A stretch of DNA of 64,000 nt from Pyrinomonadaceae bacterium (GTDB lineage: Bacteria > Acidobacteriota > Blastocatellia > Pyrinomonadales > Pyrinomonadaceae), in NCBI GenBank assembly GCA_051004635.1, contig JBPCKD010000005.1, positions 4,558 through 68,557 of the forward strand. The letters are read 5' to 3'. Positions 8,216-17,158 of this stretch are shown here, one piece after another. The notes below the pieces were generated by a model that was given only the letters and a program-made list of their open reading frames with translations, was not told the DNA's origin and searched no databases. How positions within the stretch are numbered: position 1 is the first letter of the stretch; the number at the start of each line of letters is the position of its first letter. The position numbers and the translations under genes are program-made.

Positions 8216-9544
8216 ATGAAAACACGATCTCTTCTTTCGCAGGCGATCCTGTTATGTTCGCTCGTTCTGGTATTCAATACTTCCATAAATGCACGCTTCA
8301 GAGCCTGTCCGAATGACCTCAAGCCTCTGGGCGAACTCGGTGCCTTTGGGTTGAATTTGCCGATAAAGACATTCACCACAGAGACACAGCGCGGCTTTCA
8401 GCCGCAACTAGGGGAACGATCCACTAAAATACACGAAATAACACTAACGACCTTTCGTGTTCGTTCGTGTGATTTGGTGGATCGTGGTCTCTGTCAAAAT
8501 CTTGCTCAAAAAACAAGAAGTCAGAACTTTGTATTACAGAGAGCACTGAGGATGCACAGAGAAAGACTAGTTGGAAATTTCTCGACAGCCTCCTTCTCGA
8601 CAAGCTCCTTAATCACATCGCAGGAGAAGAATCCCAGGACCACTGTCCCGGAGGCTGAGGTTAAGGCAGCTCAAGCCATCGAAGCAGCCGCTGACGTTAA
8701 CGCCAAATTCGTGGCGGCCGAAGAGTTTGTCAAAAAGTACCCGGCGAGTAAGGCGCGGCCGCAGGTGGCCCAGTATCTGGCCAACCAGGTGTTTGGAGTT
8801 ACGGAGCCGAACCAAAGGCTGGCGGTAGCACAAAAGTACCTCGCACTCTTCACGGACCCAACGGAAGCGAAGGCAGTCAAGCCTGCGTTGATTGATGCCT
8901 ATGTTCAGCTTAAACGTTTTGATGAGGCGTTCGAGAGTGGTGCTTCTTATTTGGGAAACGATGCGGAGGACGTACAGATCCGGGTCCTTCTGGCAATTGC
9001 CGGAGCCGAACTGGCCCGTGGCCAGAACGTTAAGCACATAAAAGCGAGCCGGGACTACGGAACCAAGGCAATTGTACTGCTTGAAGCAGACATGAAACCC
9101 GCCGCTATGGACAATGACACCTGGCTTAAGGGAAAAGCCATGCTGCCGACGCTCTATCAACAGATGGCGGTCATGTCCCTGGTAGAGCAGAAAACTGCCG
9201 AGGCACAGGCCAATCTGGAAAAGGCCGCGAAGCTGAGTCCCGGTGATCCTTTTAACTACGCCCTGTTGGGAAGCATCACGAACAATGAATACCAAACGCT
9301 GGCCCAGACTGCTCGAGGCCTGCCGGACGGCGCATCCAAGAATGAAATGATTCAAAAAGCCACTGCACTATTAGACAAGGTGATCGAGCAATATGCGCGT
9401 GCCGTGGCTTTGGCAACGGGCAAAACGCAATATCAGCCACTGCGCGATCAGGTGATGCAGGACCTTATTGCTTATTACAAATACCGTCATAACAACTCGG
9501 AAGAGGGGCTGCAAAAATATATCGACGGCTATAAGATTCCGTAA
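8216..9544 (+). CDS. hypothetical TPR-like/helical-repeat protein (start uncertain)
   Basis: Long ORF with alpha-helical repeat character (AEAQANLEKAAKLSPGDPFNYALLG). The N-terminus from 8216 looks like a signal peptide, but codons about 67-90 are a copy of the family-A palindromic repeat. An alternative in-frame ATG is at 8552. Confidence 0.55.
   Translation: MKTRSLLSQAILLCSLVLVFNTSINARFRACPNDLKPLGELGAFGLNLPIKTFTTETQRGFQPQLGERSTKIHEITLTTFRVRSCDLVDRGLCQNLAQKTRSQNFVLQRALRMHRERLVGNFSTASFSTSSLITSQEKNPRTTVPEAEVKAAQAIEAAADVNAKFVAAEEFVKKYPASKARPQVAQYLANQVFGVTEPNQRLAVAQKYLALFTDPTEAKAVKPALIDAYVQLKRFDEAFESGASYLGNDAEDVQIRVLLAIAGAELARGQNVKHIKASRDYGTKAIVLLEADMKPAAMDNDTWLKGKAMLPTLYQQMAVMSLVEQKTAEAQANLEKAAKLSPGDPFNYALLGSITNNEYQTLAQTARGLPDGASKNEMIQKATALLDKVIEQYARAVALATGKTQYQPLRDQVMQDLIAYYKYRHNNSEEGLQKYIDGYKIP
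8416..8485. repeat. family-A palindromic repeat (ACGATCCAC ... GTGGATCGT termini)
   Basis: The arms ACGATCCACTAAAATACACGAA and TTCGTGTGATTTGGTGGATCGT are reverse complements with a few mismatches. Related copies are at 42200-42305, 51167-51225 and 56197-56267. Confidence 0.75.
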
Positions 9545-9630
9545 GCAGTGAGCAGTGCATCGATAGGTCCAATACGACCTATACGACCTATACGACCTAT
9601 TTACTCTGCTTACTGCTCACTGCTTACTGC
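9545..9630. repeat. intergenic hairpin with (TACGACCTA)x3 tandem repeat between convergent genes
   Basis: Arms GTAAGCAGTGAGCAGTG (9541-9557) and CTGCTTACTGCTCACTGCTTACTGCTCAC (9606-9634) flank three exact 9-mers at 9573-9599. Confidence 0.6.
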
Positions 9631-10521
9631 TCACGCTGCATAACGAGCGTAAACCGACTTCACCTTCTCCAGAAAATCTCGCCGGTCCACGATGTAGTAG
9701 ACCTTAATGTGTCCAGAGCCGCCGGCGACTGTCTCTATCAACTGGTCCAGAACCTCAAATTGATCTCCGGGTGAGATTCCTTTCGAATCGAGATAGCCAC
9801 CATAACGCAAACCGCGAACGAGGTCAGTCAAAGTCAGCCGGCCTTCCAGCGTCCGACCACCATGAACGTGTGACCGGCTTACCAGATACTGAACGATCAC
9901 AACCTCGCTGTAGACCACCGGCGACAGAAAGAGCCTGCCGCCATCTTTTTCCCATCCCTGGTCCAGCCGCTGCGAACGACGAACCCTGCGTACGTCCTTG
10001 AAAACTTCGCCCCAATCAGTCTTTGGTTCCAGGCGGCCAAGATAGGCGCGGGTGGTCTCAATCAGCCAGGCTTCTTCAAGATCCAGATTGTGGCCCAGGG
10101 TGTCGAGCCAGTTGAAGAAGATTGCTCGCTTGTCGGTTTTGGCTTCGATAAGTTGAAACTGATTGTCCTTCTGCGGCAGAGTTTTGATCAGTTTGCGACG
10201 AGCTGCGTCAGTAGCTTTCCCTCCTTCGATACGAATAGTATCGAGGCGCGCGTGCCAGCGTTTGGCCGCGTTGCAATAAAGGCAGTGTGGGTTCTTCTCC
10301 TCGGAATCAAAGAATGGAGGGGTGGCTTTAGGTGCGGTCAGCTCGCCAATTGTCGGAGAATACTTTTTTATCTCTGAATATGCAGTCCTTGGTGCGAGGC
10401 CTAACTGGCCGGTGAAGATGTCAAAGGTGCAGGCGAGACAGACGAGCGTTGAGTATTCGGTGACACTTCCGGGCGGGAAAGCACTAAGGTCGAGTTCTCG
10501 TTTGTTCTTCGCAGCCGACAT
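9631..10521 (-). CDS. hypothetical protein with N-terminal CxxC...CxxC zinc-ribbon-like motif
   Basis: CLAC at residues about 28-31 and CLYC at about 80-83. No other recognisable motif. Lies 73 nt downstream of ttcA on the same strand. Confidence 0.6.
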   Translation of the reverse strand: MSAAKNKRELDLSAFPPGSVTEYSTLVCLACTFDIFTGQLGLAPRTAYSEIKKYSPTIGELTAPKATPPFFDSEEKNPHCLYCNAAKRWHARLDTIRIEGGKATDAARRKLIKTLPQKDNQFQLIEAKTDKRAIFFNWLDTLGHNLDLEEAWLIETTRAYLGRLEPKTDWGEVFKDVRRVRRSQRLDQGWEKDGGRLFLSPVVYSEVVIVQYLVSRSHVHGGRTLEGRLTLTDLVRGLRYGGYLDSKGISPGDQFEVLDQLIETVAGGSGHIKVYYIVDRRDFLEKVKSVYARYAA

Positions 10522-10594
10522 ACCGAAATCTTACAAGATGGAGAGCATATCAGCTTACTGAGGCCTGTGATGTACGTTTGTGGCCATGCCGTTA

Positions 10595-11449
10595 TCACAT
10601 AATTGAGACCAGCGCCGGCTGCAACCCCTCATCCGTGTGACCGACTGCGAGGTCGAGTTCTGCCTCCACGTCACCGCTCGCGGCCTTTAGTTTCTTAAAA
10701 TCGAAAAGCTGATGGTCCAACAAGTGTGACGGTTTCGCATTGCCCAGCGCCGTCAGCATGGAACTGCGAACATGGGGAATTTCCTTCTCCAAATCGCCAA
10801 TCAGTCGCTTAATGCGCGCGCGTTTTAGATTGGGTTGAGATCCACATAGATCGCAGGGAATGATCGGAAACTCCTGCGTTTCAGCAAATGCAGCAATCTC
10901 GGATTCCCGGCAATAAGCGAGCGGCCTGATGACGGTGTTCCGACCATCATTCGAACGGAGGATAGGCGGCATTGCCTTGAGTGATCCGACAAAGAATAGG
11001 TTTAGCAAGAAGGTTGTGATGATGTCGTCGGCATGATGGCCCAGCCCAATCTTGTTGCACCCTTCTTCTACTGCGAGGTTATAGAGGATTCCACGCCGCA
11101 GACGTGAGCAGACTGAACAGTAGGTCTTCCCTTCGGGAACCAGGCGCTTAACGATTGAATAGGTATCGCGCTCGATAATGCGGAACGCAACGCCGCGGCT
11201 CTCAAGATATTTGGGTAGTACGTCCGCGGGAAATCCAGGTTGTTTCTGGTCCAGATTTACAGCCAGAAGATCAAACCTGACCGGCGCTCGGGGCTGCAGG
11301 TCCAGCAACAACTCCAGCATTGTGTAGCTGTCTTTGCCACCAGACAGGCAGACCATTATGCGATCCCCGTCTTCAATCATACCGAAGTCTTCGATCGCGT
11401 TGCCCATTCCGCGAAGCAGTCTTGTTTTCAGCTTAATTTCCGCAGCCAT
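10595..11449 (-). CDS. ttcA: tRNA 2-thiocytidine(32) synthetase TtcA (PP-loop ATPase)
   Basis: PP-loop CLSGGKDS plus Fe-S cysteine motifs [10 protein letters not shown] and PCDLCGSQ. Start set at the ATG at 11449 (MAAEIKLK); the ORF track extends to 11566. Confidence 0.85.
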   Translation of the reverse strand: MAAEIKLKTRLLRGMGNAIEDFGMIEDGDRIMVCLSGGKDSYTMLELLLDLQPRAPVRFDLLAVNLDQKQPGFPADVLPKYLESRGVAFRIIERDTYSIVKRLVPEGKTYCSVCSRLRRGILYNLAVEEGCNKIGLGHHADDIITTFLLNLFFVGSLKAMPPILRSNDGRNTVIRPLAYCRESEIAAFAETQEFPIIPCDLCGSQPNLKRARIKRLIGDLEKEIPHVRSSMLTALGNAKPSHLLDHQLFDFKKLKAASGDVEAELDLAVGHTDEGLQPALVSIM

Positions 11450-11663
11450 TTCGCTCGCCCAAGTTATTATAAGTTTTTCCAGCACCCCAGCTGAGATGCT
11501 CGTCCTGGACCCGCTCCGAAGAATCTCAGAATGCCACGGGTGTTTACCGATAACAAATGTAACCACGCGGAGCGATCTCGTTAGCCCGTGACTTCAGAGA
11601 CTGTGTGAAACCCAAAAGCGCGTACGGTAATTTGCAGGTTAGGAAGGGTGGCATGCCCCCGCT

Positions 11664-11810
11664 CTAGCGCCAACGGCGCGACCGCATGCTTTGGATTTCA
11701 AGGTTGCAGCCCGCTCTAGCCTGAGAGTGGTTCCACTTAAAAGACGCTTTCCCTAATCTTGCTGATATCCTATCGAGATAATATCCAACCAGTCGCGCCG
11801 TTGGCGCTCG
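11664..11810. repeat. inverted pair of GCGCCAACGGCGC hairpin units spanning about 147 nt
   Basis: 11664-11682 CTAGCGCCAACGGCGCGAC versus 11792-11810 GTCGCGCCGTTGGCGCTCG: 17 of 19 positions are complementary. Each unit is itself a small palindrome. Confidence 0.5.
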
Positions 11811-11825
11811 AAGCTGCCAAAGTAT

Positions 11826-11963
11826 ATGTGCGCTAACGCACCGAGACCCCTTTCTATCCGTGATATAAGCCGCTTCCTGAGTACCACTACACTAATAATC
11901 GTCATCCTGGTAGTTCTCTTACTCTTCGGCGGCGGCTACGGCTACTCCCGCCGTGGGCGATAA
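11826..11963 (+). CDS. possible 45-aa small hydrophobic protein
   Basis: ATG at 11826 to TAA at 11961. The C-terminal half is TLIIVILVVLLLFGGGYGYSRRGR, one TM helix plus a Gly/Tyr/Arg tail reminiscent of small membrane proteins. It is below the ORF-track cutoff and has no clear RBS. Confidence 0.25.
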   Translation: MCANAPRPLSIRDISRFLSTTTLIIVILVVLLLFGGGYGYSRRGR

Positions 11964-12653
11964 AGAGCTACCCCGGCCACTAGAATATCAGTTGAAACCG
12001 TGCGCCCAAATGAGGGAGTTCGCACAAAAAGCGGGCGTTTCTCGGAGTGGCTTTTGTTTCGCAACGGATACTTCTAGCAAGGGTGTCACCTTACAAGTAT
12101 TCTGGCATAAACCGGAAATCGTACCCTCACGTCTCGCCACATTGTGATCCGACTCTAACCGGGACGTCTTTGCTTGTGTGGCCTCAGTCTGATGTTCGTT
12201 TGAGACTACCCCCAGACGCCGTTCCAGCCCCTGAATTAGCACGTTCAGCTCATCCCGCTCTTGACGAAGCTAGTACCGACACATGGTCACCTAATCCAAC
12301 TTATGTCCGAAGGCTTTGAATTGTTCTGCGAACTTGTTCTAGTAACTCTAAGACGCCTTTAGAGTCATGATCGTATCTCCTCTCAAGCAAAAGCACTAGG
12401 TTCCCCAGCGCACCAAAACACTTGTCGAACCTGTGTCGGCTATGGTAGGGTGACCAACCATTCAAGGCGTCTATAGTCCCTACGTTTCTAAAGCTAAAAA
12501 TTAATACGGGCATCCGTTTCTACCTCCGGACTTGCTCCTCCGGTGGGAAATGATGTGCTGGACGAGAGCACGCTCGAATTAAGATAACCTATCAATAGTC
12601 GACACAGCGCGACGCTGAGGCATCGACAGGCCGCCCTGACAACATGCGGAGTC

Positions 12654-13193
12654 ATGATGGAGCCGAATCCCATAGCACAGACCGCCCACACAATTCGTCA
12701 TCCGAAAACTTTAGCTCCTGGCGCTGTTCCCATTCCTAAAGAAAGCAACGGCTTCCAAGCGAGAACTCCGGTCATAGTTGGAGAAGTCCACTATAAGGGG
12801 ACCCTGGCCATCGATGGTCTACTCGGAGGGCAAGTCAGCGGCAATAACGGAGGTTTGGGGGTGCGGCAGAAATCCGGATCAGCCTTCGCGTCGCGGCCGG
12901 AGCTCTCGGGCGAAATCAGTTTCCGAGACATGGTGCGCGTGAACGGTCATATCGCCGGAACCATTTATTCGCAAAAGGGAACGCTGATCGTCGATACCCA
13001 TGCTACGGTCGAGGCTAATGTCGAAGTAGCCGTAGCAGTCATTAACGGAACTGTTCATGGCGATATAGTTGCTCAGGAGAGGGTTGAAATTGGACCAGTC
13101 GCAAAGATCTTCGGCAACATTTGGACGCGCTCTATTGGGATAAAGGACGGCGCTATTTTTGATGGTGTTTGCACGATGATCAAGGTTTCCTAA
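12654..13193 (+). CDS. bactofilin family protein
   Basis: Beta-helical bactofilin (DUF583) repeat pattern: VRVNGHIAGTIYSQKGTLIVDTHATVEANVEVAVAVINGTVHGDIVAQERVEIGPVAKIFGNIWTRSIGIKDGAIFDG. Confidence 0.85.
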   Translation: MMEPNPIAQTAHTIRHPKTLAPGAVPIPKESNGFQARTPVIVGEVHYKGTLAIDGLLGGQVSGNNGGLGVRQKSGSAFASRPELSGEISFRDMVRVNGHIAGTIYSQKGTLIVDTHATVEANVEVAVAVINGTVHGDIVAQERVEIGPVAKIFGNIWTRSIGIKDGAIFDGVCTMIKVS

Positions 13194-13243
13194 TTCGGAA
13201 TGCGACACTATTTAGTTTCTGCAGTCCATTCTCAGTTTAGTCC

Positions 13244-13783
13244 GTGGAACTAATGACCACCCTTCCAGATGCAATTGATTCCCATAGGACTGTCGTCCTG
13301 GATCAGTACTCTGTCGAAGATCCATTTACTCCCCACGTGCACTTCGGCGAGTGGTTGCAAGCGGTTGAAGGTTTCCGGAACCGCGCGCAAGCGGAACCGC
13401 TTCCTGGAACCTACCTTGAGAACGACCGTCTGAAGTTCGAAGACGTGCTGAGCTTTTACGACAACGTCGAAGACAAGATTTCACTCCGAGGTGCGCTGGT
13501 TGTAACCGAGCACTGCAAGCTGCACGCAGACGTTGAAGTCACCGTAGCGATGATCGATGGGGTCTTCAAAGGAAATATTACGGCGACTAAAGGTGTCGTG
13601 CTCGACAACCACGCGGTGGTTATCGGAGACATCTATACGCCTGAATTAAGAATTCGAGGGGGTGCGATAATCGAAGGCAAGGTTCACTTCGATGCGCGTC
13701 CCCGGACCACGTGGGAACGCCCACGATGGGAAGCCTTCAAGGTGGGTTTTGCCAGGGTTTGGCGTGGCCGGATCTTTTGGTAG
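13244..13783 (+). CDS. divergent bactofilin-like protein
   Basis: The C-terminal half is LRGALVVTEHCKLHADVEVTVAMIDGVFKGNITATKGVVLDNHAVVIGDIYTPELRIRGGAIIEGKVHFD. It has a long non-bactofilin N-terminus and a W/R-rich tail. GTG start at 13244, or ATG at 13253. Confidence 0.7.
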   Translation: MELMTTLPDAIDSHRTVVLDQYSVEDPFTPHVHFGEWLQAVEGFRNRAQAEPLPGTYLENDRLKFEDVLSFYDNVEDKISLRGALVVTEHCKLHADVEVTVAMIDGVFKGNITATKGVVLDNHAVVIGDIYTPELRIRGGAIIEGKVHFDARPRTTWERPRWEAFKVGFARVWRGRIFW

Positions 13784-14018
13784 TTAGGGATTTGTGAACG
13801 GCAAAATTCCCGGCGCCATTACATTTTCATTACAGGCTGGACAGCGAAAAGTCGTTTGTCTATTATGTTAGCCTCGCTCCTGGGCTGTCGGCCAGTCAAA
13901 CCTGTCCGTCAGCTGGACAATCCACAACACAAGGCACGCGCGTCGTTTTTGTTACTTTTACCTTCTCGATGGCACCTGTGACCGGAACCCGCGGCCCTCA
14001 AACAACGGAGGTTTACCA

Positions 14019-14678
14019 ATGCTGAGGATAGGAAAGAACCCGAAGGATTTGGAACAGGAAGGCTCCACTGAGAGACACGATGCCACGCCCTATAACACTC
14101 CCCGAACCTATAGTTCGTATCAAGAACCTCCCGAAGTAAGGCCGCAGACACAGGCCGAAAACACTTCTAACAACCCTCGAGCGCTGACTGAAAGTGAATC
14201 ACTCGCTCGCGAAATCAAAGAAGGCAATCTGAGCGGCTTCGTGGGCGGCGGTACGGTCGTTACGGGTGAAGCCAACTTCAAGGCGCTGATGCGAGTTGAC
14301 GGGAATTTGTCAGGGCGGGTCACTTCGACCAGCGGGACACTGATTGTGGGCGCGAATGGTAAGGTCGATGCCAACATCGAGGTGGCCATCGCGATGATCC
14401 ACGGGACAGTCAACGGAGACATTATTGCCACCCAGCGTCTCGAGCTCGGCCGCGCAGCAAAATTGACGGGTAACGTTCAAACTGCTTCGTTGATGATCGA
14501 GCCGGGGGCCCTTTTTGAAGGTAGCTGTAAAATGATCAAGAGCAACGCTGCTGCTCCTGACAAGACCAAGAGTAATGGGAAAGACGATAAACCGCTGGAT
14601 ACACCGAGTGTGGCGCTGATCAAAGCAGACACCGACGAAGAAGCCGCGAAAACCGCGAGCGTCTCAAAAGCCATTTAA
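14019..14678 (+). CDS. bactofilin family protein with disordered N- and C-terminal extensions
   Basis: MRVDGNLSGRVTSTSGTLIVGANGKVDANIEVAIAMIHGTVNGDIIATQRLELGRAAKLTGNVQTASLMIEPGALFEGSCKM. Confidence 0.85.
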   Translation: MLRIGKNPKDLEQEGSTERHDATPYNTPRTYSSYQEPPEVRPQTQAENTSNNPRALTESESLAREIKEGNLSGFVGGGTVVTGEANFKALMRVDGNLSGRVTSTSGTLIVGANGKVDANIEVAIAMIHGTVNGDIIATQRLELGRAAKLTGNVQTASLMIEPGALFEGSCKMIKSNAAAPDKTKSNGKDDKPLDTPSVALIKADTDEEAAKTASVSKAI

Positions 14679-14705
14679 GTTTAATCCAGGACGACGCCTT
14701 GTCTG

Positions 14706-14746
14706 GCGCCTCGCCCCTGCGGAAAGGGACGAGGCGCTTTTGTTTG
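14706..14746 (+). terminator. rho-independent terminator after the bactofilin cluster
   Basis: Stem GCGCCTCGCCC / GGGACGAGGCGC with an 8-9 nt loop, followed by TTTTGTTTGG. Confidence 0.75.
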
Positions 14747-14840
14747 GTTGCTTTCAGTTCTATCGCTCCACCGCACCTTGACATAACTGAGCTGCCTACC
14801 TGATACATAGAGAGGAACTCCCCTCGTTAATTAATGACCA

Positions 14841-17138
14841 ATGGAGAGGTTTTTCAGTCCTTATTATCGGGTGATGCTGAAAACCTACAAGTCCCAAACC
14901 TTTAATATCACTCTCCTGCTCTGCCATTCACGTGCTGGCGCCCTGGCTCTGTGCGCGCTGGTGGTTGCATCATCGACAAATGTTTTCTCTCAAAGTCGCA
15001 CTCAGGTCTTACACAATCCAACATACTTCACTTCTGTGCCGCGGAGTCTATTGCTTCAAATCGTGCGGGCCGAAGATGAGCGCCGTTGGGACGCCGATGT
15101 GCGCAATCTATTGTCCGCCCGGAGCGCTGTGGTCCGCAGGCGAGCTGCTCTGGCGGCCGGACGCATCGGCAATGAGGAATCAGTAGCTGACCTGATTAGG
15201 CTGCTCCGCCGTGACGATGAACTGGATGTGCGAGCGATGGCAGCTTTCGCGCTTGGCGAAATAGAATCCGCGTCAGCTGCTGATGCTTTGCTCGGAGCAC
15301 TTAAGGACACGAAGGAACCTCGACTGAGGGCGCGCGCCGCCGAAGCTCTTGGCAAGATTGCAGCCGCCTTACCAAAGGAACAAGAAGCGCGTATGCGTCA
15401 GCTGGGCGTTGGCATCCTGGAAGCACTGAGATCTGAATCCGAGCGGCGTTCGGCGCCTGATCGTTTGTCAGCTTTACTGGGACTCACTGCAGCGCTTCGA
15501 GCCAGGACATCTAATGGAGGGTCGACCATTGCGAGGTTTCTCACTTTCTCCAACCCGCACATTCGAGCTGACGCCGCAAACACACTCGCGCGACTTCGAT
15601 TAAAAGACGGAAACGATCAGCTCCGAAAAATTCTGGTCAGCGATCCGGACGCGGTTGTCCGCGCAAACGCGGCGCGCGTGCTAGGGAGCACGGAGGATAA
15701 ACCTTCTATTAACGCGTTGCTTGATCGCGCGTTGAAGGATACGGATTCCCGGGTGCGCGTCAGCGCTATCCGGGCGCTGGCTTCGTTGAAAGACCCAGTC
15801 GCGAGCACCCTATTACTGGAGCGTGCGCGTCAGATTTTTCTTAAGTTCAACCAGGAATCCGGTGGACTTAACGAGTTGCTTGAAATCGCAGCCTCCCTCG
15901 GGCGATTGCTTGCCGGAACCGGCGATGAAGCTGCGTCTTCATGGTTACGACAGTTGAGCAATGCCCTATCGCGGATGGCGCCCGAAGCTGAAATCGCATT
16001 GGTGCGAATTTCTCCCGACCTTTATTTGTGGGAACTCGGAACCGGAACAACGGCGAAGAGGAAAGCACAGGAAACAATGCTCGTGAACTGGCGAGCCGCT
16101 TCAAGTTTCGCCCAAGCGCTGGGCGAAATTGCCGCTTTGCCTGATTCAACAAAAAACAAGACCGAGCTTGGTATCAAAGCTGCGGACATTTTGCTTGCCA
16201 TGCTCGACTATAAGAATTCGGGCCTCACTATCAACACACTGGTTGCTGTCCATTCTGAATATGCAATTCCCGACGTCCTGCGCGCGTATGCAGCCTTAAA
16301 GCCGAAAGACCTGGGCGAGGTGTTACGCAAACATTTGAAGGAAACAGACGTTGTCATCCGCACCAGCGCGGCTGAATTGTTAGGCGAACTCCCGCCGACG
16401 GCAGACAACACACGAGCGCTAATTGAAGCCTTGCCGGTGGCGCTTCAGGACCAGGAGCTGAACGATGCTGCACTGGCGATCCTCGACTCGCTCGGGAAAC
16501 CGAAGAGCGCCATGGCTAATGAGGCCATCAAGGCTGCGCTTGACTCGACCGATCATTTGATTCGGCGAAAAGCCGTGGCTCTTTTGAAAGCAAATGGCGC
16601 CGGCGATTTCTCGACGCGCGTTGGCACAGTTCAGACTCGTAACTCCACAGCAGATTACGAGCGGGCAATCAGTCGAATCGGCAAGACAGTCAGCGCCGTA
16701 GTTACCACTTCCAGGGGCACATTTACAATTCAATTACTTCCCGAGGAGGCACCGCTGACCGTGGACAACTTTGTTCAGCTAGCCAAACGCGGCTACTTCG
16801 CGAGAATTACTGTTCATCGAGTTGTTCCAAACTTTGTAGTCCAGGATGGTGATCCGCGCGGCGATGGGAATGGCGGACCGGGCTATCAAATTCGCTGCGA
16901 GATAAACGAAGTACTTTACGAACGTGGTGCGGTCGGGATGGCACTCTCGGGTAAAGACACTGGCGGCTCACAATGGTTTGCGACTCATTCGCCTCAACTG
17001 CATCTCGATGGGGGCTATACGGTTTTTGGTCAAGTTATCCGAGGAATGGATGTCGTTGACAATACTGTTCGCGGCGATGTTATAAGTTCCATTGTAATCA
17101 AGGAAACTACTGCACGCGCTTCGAATCGGCGACGATAG
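14841..17138 (+). CDS. HEAT-repeat protein fused to a cyclophilin-type peptidyl-prolyl isomerase
   Basis: About 590 aa of PBS-lyase/HEAT-like repeats (VRRRAALAAGRIGNEESV..., VRANAARVLG, VRVSAIRALASL). The C-terminal domain is cyclophilin-like: GTFTIQLLPEEAPLTVDNFVQLAKRGYF...HRVVPNFVVQDGDPRGDGNGGPGY...SQWFATH. Confidence 0.85.
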   Translation: MERFFSPYYRVMLKTYKSQTFNITLLLCHSRAGALALCALVVASSTNVFSQSRTQVLHNPTYFTSVPRSLLLQIVRAEDERRWDADVRNLLSARSAVVRRRAALAAGRIGNEESVADLIRLLRRDDELDVRAMAAFALGEIESASAADALLGALKDTKEPRLRARAAEALGKIAAALPKEQEARMRQLGVGILEALRSESERRSAPDRLSALLGLTAALRARTSNGGSTIARFLTFSNPHIRADAANTLARLRLKDGNDQLRKILVSDPDAVVRANAARVLGSTEDKPSINALLDRALKDTDSRVRVSAIRALASLKDPVASTLLLERARQIFLKFNQESGGLNELLEIAASLGRLLAGTGDEAASSWLRQLSNALSRMAPEAEIALVRISPDLYLWELGTGTTAKRKAQETMLVNWRAASSFAQALGEIAALPDSTKNKTELGIKAADILLAMLDYKNSGLTINTLVAVHSEYAIPDVLRAYAALKPKDLGEVLRKHLKETDVVIRTSAAELLGELPPTADNTRALIEALPVALQDQELNDAALAILDSLGKPKSAMANEAIKAALDSTDHLIRRKAVALLKANGAGDFSTRVGTVQTRNSTADYERAISRIGKTVSAVVTTSRGTFTIQLLPEEAPLTVDNFVQLAKRGYFARITVHRVVPNFVVQDGDPRGDGNGGPGYQIRCEINEVLYERGAVGMALSGKDTGGSQWFATHSPQLHLDGGYTVFGQVIRGMDVVDNTVRGDVISSIVIKETTARASNRRR

Positions 17139-17158
17139 TATTTCTGGCCACGAAGATA

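Noticed and set aside
8609-9355. 248-aa minus-strand ORF
   Set aside because: It lies antisense within the better-supported helical-repeat ORF 8216-9544. Its composition is that of a shadow frame.
9573-9599. Possible CRISPR-like arrays (here, and at 20695-20724 and 58316-58348)
   Set aside because: These are contiguous 6-9-nt tandem repeats with no spacers and no cas genes. They are simple microsatellites, not CRISPR.
11988-12513. Short minus-strand ORFs (84 aa and 70 aa) in the long gap before the bactofilins
   Set aside because: They have no motifs and no RBS, and they overlap equally weak plus-strand ORFs. At most they are remnants of a decayed gene. I recorded the region as a finding instead.
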